Of a stretch of 64,000 nt of DNA, positions 38,719 to 47,578 are shown one piece after another (the stretch's first letter is position 1; every line of letters starts with the position of its first letter). The stretch is from positions 12,753 through 76,752 of the IMG/VR virus record IMGVR_UViG_3300034062_006900; one strand, given 5' to 3'. The translations under genes and the position numbers were made by a program. Below the pieces are notes generated by a model. It searched no databases, had not been told where the DNA came from, and saw only the letters and a program-made list of their open reading frames with translations. The DNA is from a virus.

Positions 38719-41082
38719 TGATACATTATCAGTTTTTGTAATATGAACTACATTATCCGCCCAATTTGAGATTAATGGGTTGTGGCTAATCACAAATATC
38801 TTTTCGAAATAATCCTTTAACTTCATAAAGAAGTCCCCAACCATCTCAAGGTTATCATTAGAAACCTTACCCCAAGTCTCATCGTAAACTGATATGTTTG
38901 GTTTTGGAAGTGAACATACCTTAGCCAATACAGCTCTGATAGCCAACGCTCCCACAGTCTTCTCATATCCTGAACCTGCGGTCATAGGTTTTTCGATACC
39001 TGTTCCGTTATCAATCATGATGAAGTCAACCTCATTCTTGTCATTGATACGAATCTCCAAGTTGAAGAAACAAGAGTCTTGAAGTAATCTTTGAAGTTCA
39101 GAGTTAATCAATGGCATCATTGTCTTCATGATAACTTTTGTGATTCCATTCTTTCCGAATACCTCAAGATATATTTTGTATATCTTTTCTCTTTCGAATT
39201 CTTCGGCAATCTTTAGGATGGTCTCGTTGTTCTTTTCAATTCGAGCTTGAAGATTTTCAATCTGAGTTGAATTGGTTGTTTGAGTTCTCTCATACCCTCT
39301 CTTCTCAGAAATCAATTCATCAATTCTCATTTCGGCTTTAACCAACTGAGCTTCAATCTCATTATTCTTCTTAATCTTATCTTGAACTTCTTCGTATCTC
39401 CTTAACTTGTCTTCAGATTGTTCCAATTTTAAATTATTGGCTTCAAGAGTCGCCTCATATTTTTCCTTAACAAGTTTCGCTCTTTCATATTCATCAAAGT
39501 CTTTCTTAAGTTGAGTAAAAGATTCTTCTTTCTTTTCAAGGCCTTCAATTTCTTTTTTGAATTCCTTAACAAGTTTTTTATATCCTTCAAGTTGGTCAAT
39601 CTTTTTCTTGGTCAACTCAGCTTCCATCAATTTGATTCCACAGTGTTCACACTGAATTCCATCACCATATTTTTCAATAAGGTCTTGGATTTCTTCCACC
39701 TTATTCTCACAGGTTACTTGTTCAGCAAAACGGGATTTGATAACTTCTTTAACCGCATCGTGTCTATCTTCATGATAAAACTCTTTTGGTTCAGATATTT
39801 TAACATCATCAATCTGACCTTGGATTCTTCTTCCAACTACTTTAAATTCGTCAATCTGACCCTTAAGTCTTTCAGGATTCAGAATAACCAAATCTTGGTC
39901 TAAGTCAGTGAATTTTGATTTCAATAAGTCATCCTTATAAGTTTGACCCTTTTGTAATCTCTTGTCAACATCCTTGATTTTGGTAACAGCCTCTGCAATT
40001 TCATTCTCGAGTCTTTCAATTTCTTCTTTTGACGTGGTGCTATCTTGTTTTAAGGATTCTGTATTGTATACGTTGGATAACATACCTTTTGAAAACTCAG
40101 AATAGATTTCTTTTCCCGTCTCTTCTTTCTTCTTTAAGAATTCAAGACCCAAGAATCTACTTAACACCTGACCACGAGCTGTTGGTTTTGCTTCCAACAA
40201 ATCCTCAAGGTTTGACGCTGTCGTTACAATGGTCATCAAGAAGTCATCCATCTCACCAATTGATGTTTTGATAAAGTTCTCAGTCTCCCTTCTTTGTTCA
40301 CCAGTGAAGTTCTGTAATTGACCGTCAGCCAACTTCTTGAAGAAGTCCAACTCAGTCTTAACATTCCATTCACCAGCCTTAGATTTTTTTCTTTCAATCT
40401 TTCGAGCGATGATATATTCCTCGCCATCAATGATGATGTCACCCTTAACTGATACCACATTCTTATCTGTGAATCTGTTGAAGATTTCCTCAGCCTTCTG
40501 AGTCTTGGTTGTCGTGTTGAAGAATAAGAACAATAACAAGTCCACGGTCAATACCGTCTTACCTCCGAAGTTCGGTGGGTCTGATTCAACCACTGTGATA
40601 CCATTACATTTATCAAAATCGATAACCTGGTTCTCACCATACGATAAGAAGTTACTGAATTCAATCTTCTTGATATACCATCTTTTGAATGGTGTAACCT
40701 CAACCTCATTAGCCATCATTCTGTTTTCAACAGCAAGGTCAATGTTCATGACTTGGTCATAAAACTGGTCTTGTCCTTTTGACTCAAGAAGAGATTTGAT
40801 AAGTTCTTTCTGATAGTTCTTATCCATAATGTTAACCGCTACATCGATTGTCTGTTGAGTTTCCTCAGTTGTCTTCGCCTTGGTTATAACATTGATATTT
40901 GCGGAACTATACTTCTTCATGAAGTATTGTTTCACAGACTTGATTCTTTCTTGGGTGAAATTCTCTGGAGCATCCTCCCATATTACTTGTATGTTAGGAT
41001 TCTCCAAAGTAGATATATCTAATTTTGTTGACATATGTTTGTAGTTATACTCTGGATGTGGATTGAATAAATCCCATTTCAT
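38704..41082 (-). CDS. sbcC: SbcC/Rad50 (gp46-like) ATPase
   Basis: NFLSYG, Walker A NFGGKT, CEHC hook, SGYEK signature, VYDE, ISH. Confidence 0.92.
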   Translation of the reverse strand: MKWDLFNPHPEYNYKHMSTKLDISTLENPNIQVIWEDAPENFTQERIKSVKQYFMKKYSSANINVITKAKTTEETQQTIDVAVNIMDKNYQKELIKSLLESKGQDQFYDQVMNIDLAVENRMMANEVEVTPFKRWYIKKIEFSNFLSYGENQVIDFDKCNGITVVESDPPNFGGKTVLTVDLLLFLFFNTTTKTQKAEEIFNRFTDKNVVSVKGDIIIDGEEYIIARKIERKKSKAGEWNVKTELDFFKKLADGQLQNFTGEQRRETENFIKTSIGEMDDFLMTIVTTASNLEDLLEAKPTARGQVLSRFLGLEFLKKKEETGKEIYSEFSKGMLSNVYNTESLKQDSTTSKEEIERLENEIAEAVTKIKDVDKRLQKGQTYKDDLLKSKFTDLDQDLVILNPERLKGQIDEFKVVGRRIQGQIDDVKISEPKEFYHEDRHDAVKEVIKSRFAEQVTCENKVEEIQDLIEKYGDGIQCEHCGIKLMEAELTKKKIDQLEGYKKLVKEFKKEIEGLEKKEESFTQLKKDFDEYERAKLVKEKYEATLEANNLKLEQSEDKLRRYEEVQDKIKKNNEIEAQLVKAEMRIDELISEKRGYERTQTTNSTQIENLQARIEKNNETILKIAEEFEREKIYKIYLEVFGKNGITKVIMKTMMPLINSELQRLLQDSCFFNLEIRINDKNEVDFIMIDNGTGIEKPMTAGSGYEKTVGALAIRAVLAKVCSLPKPNISVYDETWGKVSNDNLEMVGDFFMKLKDYFEKIFVISHNPLISNWADNVVHITKTDNVSKVSQ

Positions 41083-41084
41083 TT

Positions 41085-41270
41085 TTATTGATTTGCTGTA
41101 AGACCTGAAACCTGCTCAGCATCTTTTTGTTTTAACGCCTCAATTTGAGCTTTCATTGATTCGTTGAACAACTTTTGCATTGCAGATTGTTCGGCCTTCA
41201 ATGTGTTATTTCTTTGCTGAAGTCTTTTTCTGTGGGCTTTCTCACCACCTCTTTTTTTAGATTTTGCCAT
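41085..41270 (-). CDS. basic hypothetical protein
   Basis: Likely start MAKSKKRGG. Confidence 0.65.
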   Translation of the reverse strand: MAKSKKRGGEKAHRKRLQQRNNTLKAEQSAMQKLFNESMKAQIEALKQKDAEQVSGLTANQ

Positions 41271-41280
41271 TTTTATTGTT

Positions 41281-41640
41281 TTAATGTAAATTTTTATTTG
41301 GTCTATTTTCTTCGAACCATTCAACGATTGAGTTTATCGCCCATGTTGCTCCTGATGCTAACATTCCATCAAAGAACCATGAAACCCATAAAGTTACACC
41401 TAACATCTCGTGTATTGGTGAATATAAGAAAATTCCGAAGAAAAATCCAACCCACACTGGTGTGCACATCATACAAGATAACATTCCTTTAAGAAACTTA
41501 TAAAATTCTGTAAACAAACCATCTCCATAGTCTGCTTCGTTGAAAATGTAATTTCTCGGTGTATTAAAAATACTTCCGTAAACTAAAATGTTTGAAAGTC
41601 CGTAGATGGATATAATCCATGTTAATAGTTGTGTTATCAT
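41281..41640 (-). CDS. membrane protein with CxxC (DUF1360-like)
   Basis: LSCMMCTPVWVG plus TM helices. Confidence 0.6.
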   Translation of the reverse strand: MITQLLTWIISIYGLSNILVYGSIFNTPRNYIFNEADYGDGLFTEFYKFLKGMLSCMMCTPVWVGFFFGIFLYSPIHEMLGVTLWVSWFFDGMLASGATWAINSIVEWFEENRPNKNLH

Positions 41641-41843
41641 AATTTGTGTTTAAATTCGTTAGTTAATTCTATTTTCCTAATACCTGGGTCTTTGGCTTCA
41701 CACTTATTACAGTGCCATACAATTTCGAAGTGCTGTTTACCATTACAACACTTACAGTCGACATCGTATTCGAAATACGTTCTCCCCAAACCTCCTTCAT
41801 TTCCACAGAACTCACAGGTTCCCCATTCCATTTCTCCCATCAT
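41637..41843 (-). CDS. small Zn-finger protein
   Basis: CEFC, CKCC, HCNKC. Confidence 0.65.
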   Translation of the reverse strand: MMGEMEWGTCEFCGNEGGLGRTYFEYDVDCKCCNGKQHFEIVWHCNKCEAKDPGIRKIELTNEFKHKL

Positions 41844-42640
41844 AATGTTTTATTTAAATTTGAACCACTCAAATAAACAGCCTTTCTGTCTTCCTGAAAT
41901 TTTTGAATATCTTGAATAGTTTGTTCGTATTCTCTTATTTTTTTGTCTTTCTCTAAAGTTTCTTGTCTTAGTTTCATTACTGTAGATTGGAGAGCATCCA
42001 ATTTAGATTTATCCCCACCTTCACCAACTACCTCTTTAATTACTTCTACAATTTTTTCCTGAATGACGATTTTCTCAACAGGAACCTCAATAGTCTTCTC
42101 TTGAATAACAACTCTGTCAACAGGAACCTCTTTGATAACCTCAACCACTTTTGGTGGCATCTCCTCCAACTGTTGTATTTTTGACAACAATTCGTTTATC
42201 TGAGTATCATCACTAACGTATTCTGTTTTGGTGATAACTTTTTCAACAGGTATTTCTTTGATTACTTCTTGAACCACCACCTTCTCAACAGGAACCTCTT
42301 TGATAACCTCGACTATTTTCTCAACCACTCTTTCAACAGGAACCTCTTTGATAACCTCGACTATTTTCTCAACCACTCTTTCAACAGGAACCTCAACATA
42401 CTCAACCTGAACAATCTCCTTGATTACTTCAACAGGTATTTCCACTCGTTTTTCGACAACAACCTCTTTTATCACCTCTTTTTCTTGGTTCCCACCCGGA
42501 TTTAGCAGACCATACCTTTCAATATTGAAACCAGTTGTAAATGATTTCTTAGCAACCTCACTTATCAACAAGTCATTAAGATTACAGTAAGACAATAAGT
42601 CCTTGTGTTCCGTATTTGAAAGTTTAATCTTTATCTCCAT
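41840..42640 (-). CDS. V/E/K/P repeat protein (alveolin/articulin-like repeats)
   Basis: VPVERVVEKIVEVIKE repeats; C-terminal coiled coil. Confidence 0.7.
   Translation of the reverse strand: MEIKIKLSNTEHKDLLSYCNLNDLLISEVAKKSFTTGFNIERYGLLNPGGNQEKEVIKEVVVEKRVEIPVEVIKEIVQVEYVEVPVERVVEKIVEVIKEVPVERVVEKIVEVIKEVPVEKVVVQEVIKEIPVEKVITKTEYVSDDTQINELLSKIQQLEEMPPKVVEVIKEVPVDRVVIQEKTIEVPVEKIVIQEKIVEVIKEVVGEGGDKSKLDALQSTVMKLRQETLEKDKKIREYEQTIQDIQKFQEDRKAVYLSGSNLNKTL
42285..42396 (-). repeat. 48-bp direct repeat (16 aa)
   Basis: TCAACAGGAACCTC recurs at 48-nt spacing. Confidence 0.8.
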
Positions 42641-42641
42641 C

Positions 42642-43421
42642 TTAGTAGTTCACCAACTTTTCTGTTCCTTCAGATAAACAATCAATCGAATTGATGTAAA
42701 ATGATAGGAATGGTTTAGGGTTTGGTAGGTCAACGAATGTGTATTCGTCCTTCTCTATATCATATACTCCATACCCGTGTTTTCTAACAGTCTCTCCAAA
42801 GTTTTGTTGAATGGTTGAACCAACCATGTATGCCTTCTTTCCACCAGGAATATCGAACACTTGTCTCTTGTGGATATCACCACACAATACAAGGTCACAC
42901 CCTTTGAACTTACTAGCATCAAACCCATCTTCGAACTTATATCCAATGTCTGTGTATAAACCTTGAATCGGACCGTGGAATAAACCAATGTTCTTGTTCT
43001 TTGATTTTTGGATGTCAGGAGGGATGTTATGGTCCATTAAGGAGTAAACACACCAGTTGATATTATCATCCTCATATACCCCTCTATTCTTCAAATAAAC
43101 GATGTTCTCGTTCTTTAAAGAATCAATGATTGGTGTAAGAGCATCCAACCTTGAATTATTATTCTCAAGGAAGTCGTGGTTACCAATGATAACAATCGTT
43201 TTGGTTATACTTGCACATTCAGTCAATACCCAAGCAACGAACTCAACGAGTTCAGGTGTCATTTGATTCTTGCTGTGAACCAAGTCTCCAGTGAATACAA
43301 TTCTGTCAGGTGCGAGTGTCTTCCACTCTTTCAATGCAGATTCAAGGATGCCACGATATACGTCGTGGTCCTTGAATAATCTGATGTGTAAATCTGAGAA
43401 ATGTATAATTCGATTAATCAT
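42642..43421 (-). CDS. sbcD: SbcD/Mre11 (gp47-like) nuclease
   Basis: SDLH, TGD, GNHD, FHG, GDIHK. Confidence 0.9.
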   Translation of the reverse strand: MINRIIHFSDLHIRLFKDHDVYRGILESALKEWKTLAPDRIVFTGDLVHSKNQMTPELVEFVAWVLTECASITKTIVIIGNHDFLENNNSRLDALTPIIDSLKNENIVYLKNRGVYEDDNINWCVYSLMDHNIPPDIQKSKNKNIGLFHGPIQGLYTDIGYKFEDGFDASKFKGCDLVLCGDIHKRQVFDIPGGKKAYMVGSTIQQNFGETVRKHGYGVYDIEKDEYTFVDLPNPKPFLSFYINSIDCLSEGTEKLVNY

Positions 43422-43653
43422 TAATTAATGTTTTTTCCTCTTCTTCGAATGGATTGAATCCTTTATTGACATGGTCACATTTCATACACATGTAAATTGG
43501 GAATGGAATTGGTTGGTCTTCAGCAGCACCTTGTAGTTTAGATACCCACTTTAGATATAAAGCCTCTTTGAAATAAACGCTTCCGCATTTCTCACATTTG
43601 ATAGTTGGACAATCACGAACGTTAATTCTTGGCTGTTGTAAATCTTGCATCAT
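43414..43653 (-). CDS. Zn-ribbon protein
   Basis: CEKC...CMKC. Confidence 0.7.
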   Translation of the reverse strand: MMQDLQQPRINVRDCPTIKCEKCGSVYFKEALYLKWVSKLQGAAEDQPIPFPIYMCMKCDHVNKGFNPFEEEEKTLIND

Positions 43654-44503
43654 TTAAATTTTTAACTAGGTTATTTATTTTTTCTTGTATATCTGAAATA
43701 TAATCAATTTTTCGGTTTTGTTCAAGTATACCCAAATGTTCTAACAAAGATTCAAAATTTAACTTTGTTAAAGTATCGGAGAACTGTGTCACAAAATCTT
43801 TGGACTTTTTGAGTTTCTTTTCTCTTAAAAAGACTAATCTGAACAATGTTGTCAATCTCATGATTTCTTCTTCAGACCATCCCCCATCAGTAAGATTATC
43901 AGTGTAAACATGTGAATCAGCAGAATTATATATCTGAATACCACTTGCTATAACATCATTAGTGAATGCCAAATAAAACGCCACCTTATTATAATTTTTA
44001 GTCTTTGTTTCTTTTTTATCTATCAAATAAAAAAGTAATCCATTTCTATTATATCTTCTGAAAACATCAGGGTCATTTTTTGAAGCCGTGCACCATTTTG
44101 TTTGAGCACCATATCTTAAGGAACCTCTGTGTGTTAATGGTTGTAAGAGTAAAAATTCTTCATTTTCCATGTAAACCGTTGCATGTTCTTCTCTAACGAA
44201 TGTTTTTTCTTCTTTCACTTCTTCGGCTCGTGCGATTACAAGTTTAAGATAAGAAACATCTGTAAATTCTTTTGCATAGATGTCTTTGTTTGGAATATAT
44301 GATAACAATTGGTCGAACTGCAATACGAGACTAATAAGTCCTTGAGTTGTGTTCGGACAAGAATTTTGACTTCTCGAAACCCATGATTTTAGGAGATATT
44401 CCAAATATTTTTTGGTTGGAGTTTTGTCAGCCTCAACGAACTTATTAAAAGTTGCTAATGATATCGTTGAATACTTTGACCTTAACTCATCTACTTTTGA
44501 CAT
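43622..44503 (-). CDS. WCT-motif protein (third paralog)
   Basis: SLRYGAQTKWCTAS...GLLFYLID; -33/-7 promoter at 44523-44554. Confidence 0.7.
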   Translation of the reverse strand: MSKVDELRSKYSTISLATFNKFVEADKTPTKKYLEYLLKSWVSRSQNSCPNTTQGLISLVLQFDQLLSYIPNKDIYAKEFTDVSYLKLVIARAEEVKEEKTFVREEHATVYMENEEFLLLQPLTHRGSLRYGAQTKWCTASKNDPDVFRRYNRNGLLFYLIDKKETKTKNYNKVAFYLAFTNDVIASGIQIYNSADSHVYTDNLTDGGWSEEEIMRLTTLFRLVFLREKKLKKSKDFVTQFSDTLTKLNFESLLEHLGILEQNRKIDYISDIQEKINNLVKNLNDARFTTAKN

Positions 44504-44547
44504 ACTAATACATTTTGAAGACCAAAGGTAAGATAAAAAAATCTTTT

Positions 44548-45384
44548 CTACAAATATTTTTTCATGTCCATTTCTAAAACTGTATCCATAATATCTTTCG
44601 GAACTCTATATTCATCATAAGAAGTATCATCTTTTAAATGAGAAATAATACATCCATACAATTTGATGTTTTCGTATTTTGTTCCTTGTAGCATTTTGAT
44701 TAACAATTTTGCATACAATGGAAGTTGAAGATAGTAGTGACCTAATGCAGTGTTAGGATATTTTTCAAAAGGTTTATACATCCTTTCAGTATACCTTGTC
44801 TCTTCAAAGTTTTTTGGTTTGTTGGTTTTCCAATCCGTAACAAGTAATCCAAATTCATCTCCTGTTTTATTCAAGGTTAACCAAATTTTATCTGGTTGTC
44901 CTGTATATCCCAACTCAGGGTCTCCCAAAACCATCTCCGTATCAAGTAATACAACTTTTCTTGATTCCATTAAATCGAGGTATCTTCTACCTGCAGAAAT
45001 CATGTTATCACTTTTCATAAGTTGGGTTAAGTCACATTCGAAAACAGGTTGTCTAACTTCTTTGTAACCACCGTATTTGTCAATTAGAACTTTCTCCAAA
45101 ACATAGTGAACCCTACTACCTAAGTTTGTTGAGTAGTCACCAGCTGCCGCCCACTCTTCAATTAATTGTTGTTGTTTTTCAGGGTCACCACCTGCTTTAT
45201 TATATGCCGCTTCCTCAGTTGGGAAGGGTTTATAGAACTTCTTCAATACTTTGGATACAGATGGATAGTCTTTCCTTCCATTCATAGTATAAATGTGTTT
45301 GTCTTCTTCGAACGTTAGACCGAGAGACTTTTGTTTTTGAGAGATAATCTCCCTTATTTCTTGTGAAATCTTTATTAAATCCAT
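44548..45384 (-). CDS. PD-(D/E)xK (Cas4/RecB-like) exonuclease
   Basis: YPSVS, GSRVH..LE, GQPD, DWKT, YYLQLPLY. Confidence 0.85.
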   Translation of the reverse strand: MDLIKISQEIREIISQKQKSLGLTFEEDKHIYTMNGRKDYPSVSKVLKKFYKPFPTEEAAYNKAGGDPEKQQQLIEEWAAAGDYSTNLGSRVHYVLEKVLIDKYGGYKEVRQPVFECDLTQLMKSDNMISAGRRYLDLMESRKVVLLDTEMVLGDPELGYTGQPDKIWLTLNKTGDEFGLLVTDWKTNKPKNFEETRYTERMYKPFEKYPNTALGHYYLQLPLYAKLLIKMLQGTKYENIKLYGCIISHLKDDTSYDEYRVPKDIMDTVLEMDMKKYL

Positions 45385-45385
45385 G

Positions 45386-46300
45386 TTACTTTATTTCGTG
45401 GTAATACTCGTCAATTTGACCTTTCAAGTCACAAATATCCTTATCTTTTGGCAATTTAACAATTTTAATTTTGTTATATAACCTACCCCCATTCAATTCG
45501 TTATATATTTTAACCCCATCATCCCATGCATCCCCGTCACAACACACAACAATACTAGCGTTTGCTCGTAGGTATAAATTCTCGAATATCAATTTACTCA
45601 TCTTCTTACCTAACATAACCAATGGATTATCAAGAAAGAATGAATCAAATGCCCCTTCCACCAAGTATATATCCTTATCCCAATCAATTAGACCTTCATT
45701 GAAGATTATCTCGTCTTTTGGAACTGAGGGGTTTTTATACTTCATTTTTTTGGGTGTCCACGCTCTTGCAACATAATAGTTTAGTTGACCTTCAGAGTTG
45801 AAGGATGGGACGATAATTCTGTAGGCAAAGTCTCCTTTAACAGTGTAACCTATCTTATATTTTTTGATTATTTCATCGGTGATACCTCTACTAATAAGGT
45901 ATTTGTATGCTTCAATGTGAGGAATGAATCTTGGGTTTGAGTCTTCAAATGTTGTATAACCTTCAGGTAGACGTAACCAAACCTTTTTCTTTTCCTCTTG
46001 TTTGAGTTCTTCAGGTTTAATTAGTTCATAAACCTTCTTTTGCTTTTTGGTTCCGAACTTGTCGAATAATTTACCAAGTGGTCCGTGAGTTCCGAGTGTT
46101 TCTCCACAAGCCCAACACTTGTATACGTGACGTGAATAGTTGATTTCAAGGTTACCCTTACCATCTCCGTTTTCGAGACCCTTCTCAGCAGCACAAACAG
46201 GACAGTCAAAAGATATCTGACCCTTTGATTCATAATGCTGGTGTGGAGCTCCTAAAACATCCGACAACAATTCTACCAATACCTCAACTTCATCTATCAT
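45386..46300 (-). CDS. dnaG: DNA primase
   Basis: CPVC...CWAC Zn domain; RIIVP; VEGAFD; DGDA TOPRIM motif. Confidence 0.88.
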   Translation of the reverse strand: MIDEVEVLVELLSDVLGAPHQHYESKGQISFDCPVCAAEKGLENGDGKGNLEINYSRHVYKCWACGETLGTHGPLGKLFDKFGTKKQKKVYELIKPEELKQEEKKKVWLRLPEGYTTFEDSNPRFIPHIEAYKYLISRGITDEIIKKYKIGYTVKGDFAYRIIVPSFNSEGQLNYYVARAWTPKKMKYKNPSVPKDEIIFNEGLIDWDKDIYLVEGAFDSFFLDNPLVMLGKKMSKLIFENLYLRANASIVVCCDGDAWDDGVKIYNELNGGRLYNKIKIVKLPKDKDICDLKGQIDEYYHEIK

Positions 46301-46317
46301 ATTACAAATATAATAAA

Positions 46318-46491
46318 TTATTCTGTATTGTCATCTTTCAAGTCTTCAGGGTCTGTTGCAATAACATTACGTCTCCACCACTTTTTGATAGGGTGTGATT
46401 CATCAAAGTTTTTTTCGATGATACCCGCAACTAAAATGAATAAAGCAGTGAAACCCAACAAGAAAAAATATATGTAAGCAAATATTTTCAT
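46318..46491 (-). CDS. 57-aa single-TM protein
   Basis: MKIFAYIFFLLGFTALFILVAGIIEK...HPIKKWWRR. Confidence 0.6.
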   Translation of the reverse strand: MKIFAYIYFFLLGFTALFILVAGIIEKNFDESHPIKKWWRRNVIATDPEDLKDDNTE

Positions 46492-46492
46492 A

Positions 46493-46858
46493 TTAAATCC
46501 ATTTTGTCTTTTTTATTTGAGAGTAGTCTTCAAGTTTAACACCAAAGTAATTTAAATACATTTTAACTTCAGATAGACACATTTTTTTGATAAATCGGTT
46601 GATTTTAACTTTGGAAACTCTCTTTCCTTTATCAGATAGAAGTGATGAATCGAACCATTCTAATTTTCCCCAACTTACTCTTGCATGTATTTTACCAGTA
46701 AACTCGATATCAATTTCTTCACTATGAGTATATTTTCTGTATCCTACAACCTTAACAGAGCCTTTTATTTTGTCTGTGTTGAGGGTTATTGAACCATACT
46801 TTGGCATCAACTTTTTTAAACCTTTTGTTGTCTCATTTTGAATTACGTATCTTCCCAT
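46493..46858 (-). CDS. hypothetical protein
   Basis: 121-aa ORF; -33/-7 promoter at 46866-46897. Confidence 0.7.
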   Translation of the reverse strand: MGRYVIQNETTKGLKKLMPKYGSITLNTDKIKGSVKVVGYRKYTHSEEIDIEFTGKIHARVSWGKLEWFDSSLLSDKGKRVSKVKINRFIKKMCLSEVKMYLNYFGVKLEDYSQIKKTKWI

Positions 46859-46889
46859 ATTGGGACAAAGATACTACGTTAATATTAAA

Positions 46890-47495
46890 CTACCAAATTT
46901 CTTTTGACTTCATAAAACCAAGTGCAGCACAATAAGCATCGGTTTGGTCGTAGTTTTCCTTCTTTAAGGTATTGTTCTTGGTATATTGCCAAGTAATCTG
47001 AGGTTCTCGTTTAGCAACCAATTCCCATATTACAACTTTCTTATCTATGTCTTTCGGGAATCCACCAAAAAGAACAAACTTATCACTGGTGTTCTTTTGA
47101 ACTAAATGTGGGAATGCAAATTTTCTTGAATTGTATGTTGAGATAAACTCAGGGATAACACCCAAAACTTCATAAACCTCTTTACAGATTAATGTGTTAT
47201 ATCTCATTAAGGTTCCGACTGTGTATACGTTGTTTGAGTTAAGAAGTGGTTCTTCTATCACAACTGTCTTAATTCCAAGTCCAACATATGCCTCGAGTTT
47301 GTTTCTGAAGACATTACTTTTTAACATTAATTCTTCAATCTTACTGTCAGTAGTTGGTTTAGGTCTTGGTGAGATATGAGTTAATTCTAATAAATTCTTT
47401 GATTCAATATCAAATAATGCCCAACCAATAGTTTTGGTGCTAATGTCTAATCCAAGAACCTTGGGTGAATCTTCGTTTAATTCTTTGTTTGCCAT
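46890..47495 (-). CDS. ruvC: RuvC-like Holliday junction resolvase
   Basis: VLGLDIST..IGWA, VVIEEP, DQTDAY. Confidence 0.82.
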   Translation of the reverse strand: MANKELNEDSPKVLGLDISTKTIGWALFDIESKNLLELTHISPRPKPTTDSKIEELMLKSNVFRNKLEAYVGLGIKTVVIEEPLLNSNNVYTVGTLMRYNTLICKEVYEVLGVIPEFISTYNSRKFAFPHLVQKNTSDKFVLFGGFPKDIDKKVVIWELVAKREPQITWQYTKNNTLKKENYDQTDAYCAALGFMKSKEIW

Positions 47496-47578
47496 AATTG
47501 GAAATACGGTTCGGCAATTTTATGCCACAACACTGCCTGTAATCTTACGTCAATAATTGAATTTGTAAAGTTCAGCAA

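Noticed and set aside
44548-45384. Cas4-like gene or repeats as a CRISPR system
   Set aside because: No repeat-spacer array and no other cas genes; all tandem repeats are in-frame coding repeats; the gene sits in a replication cluster
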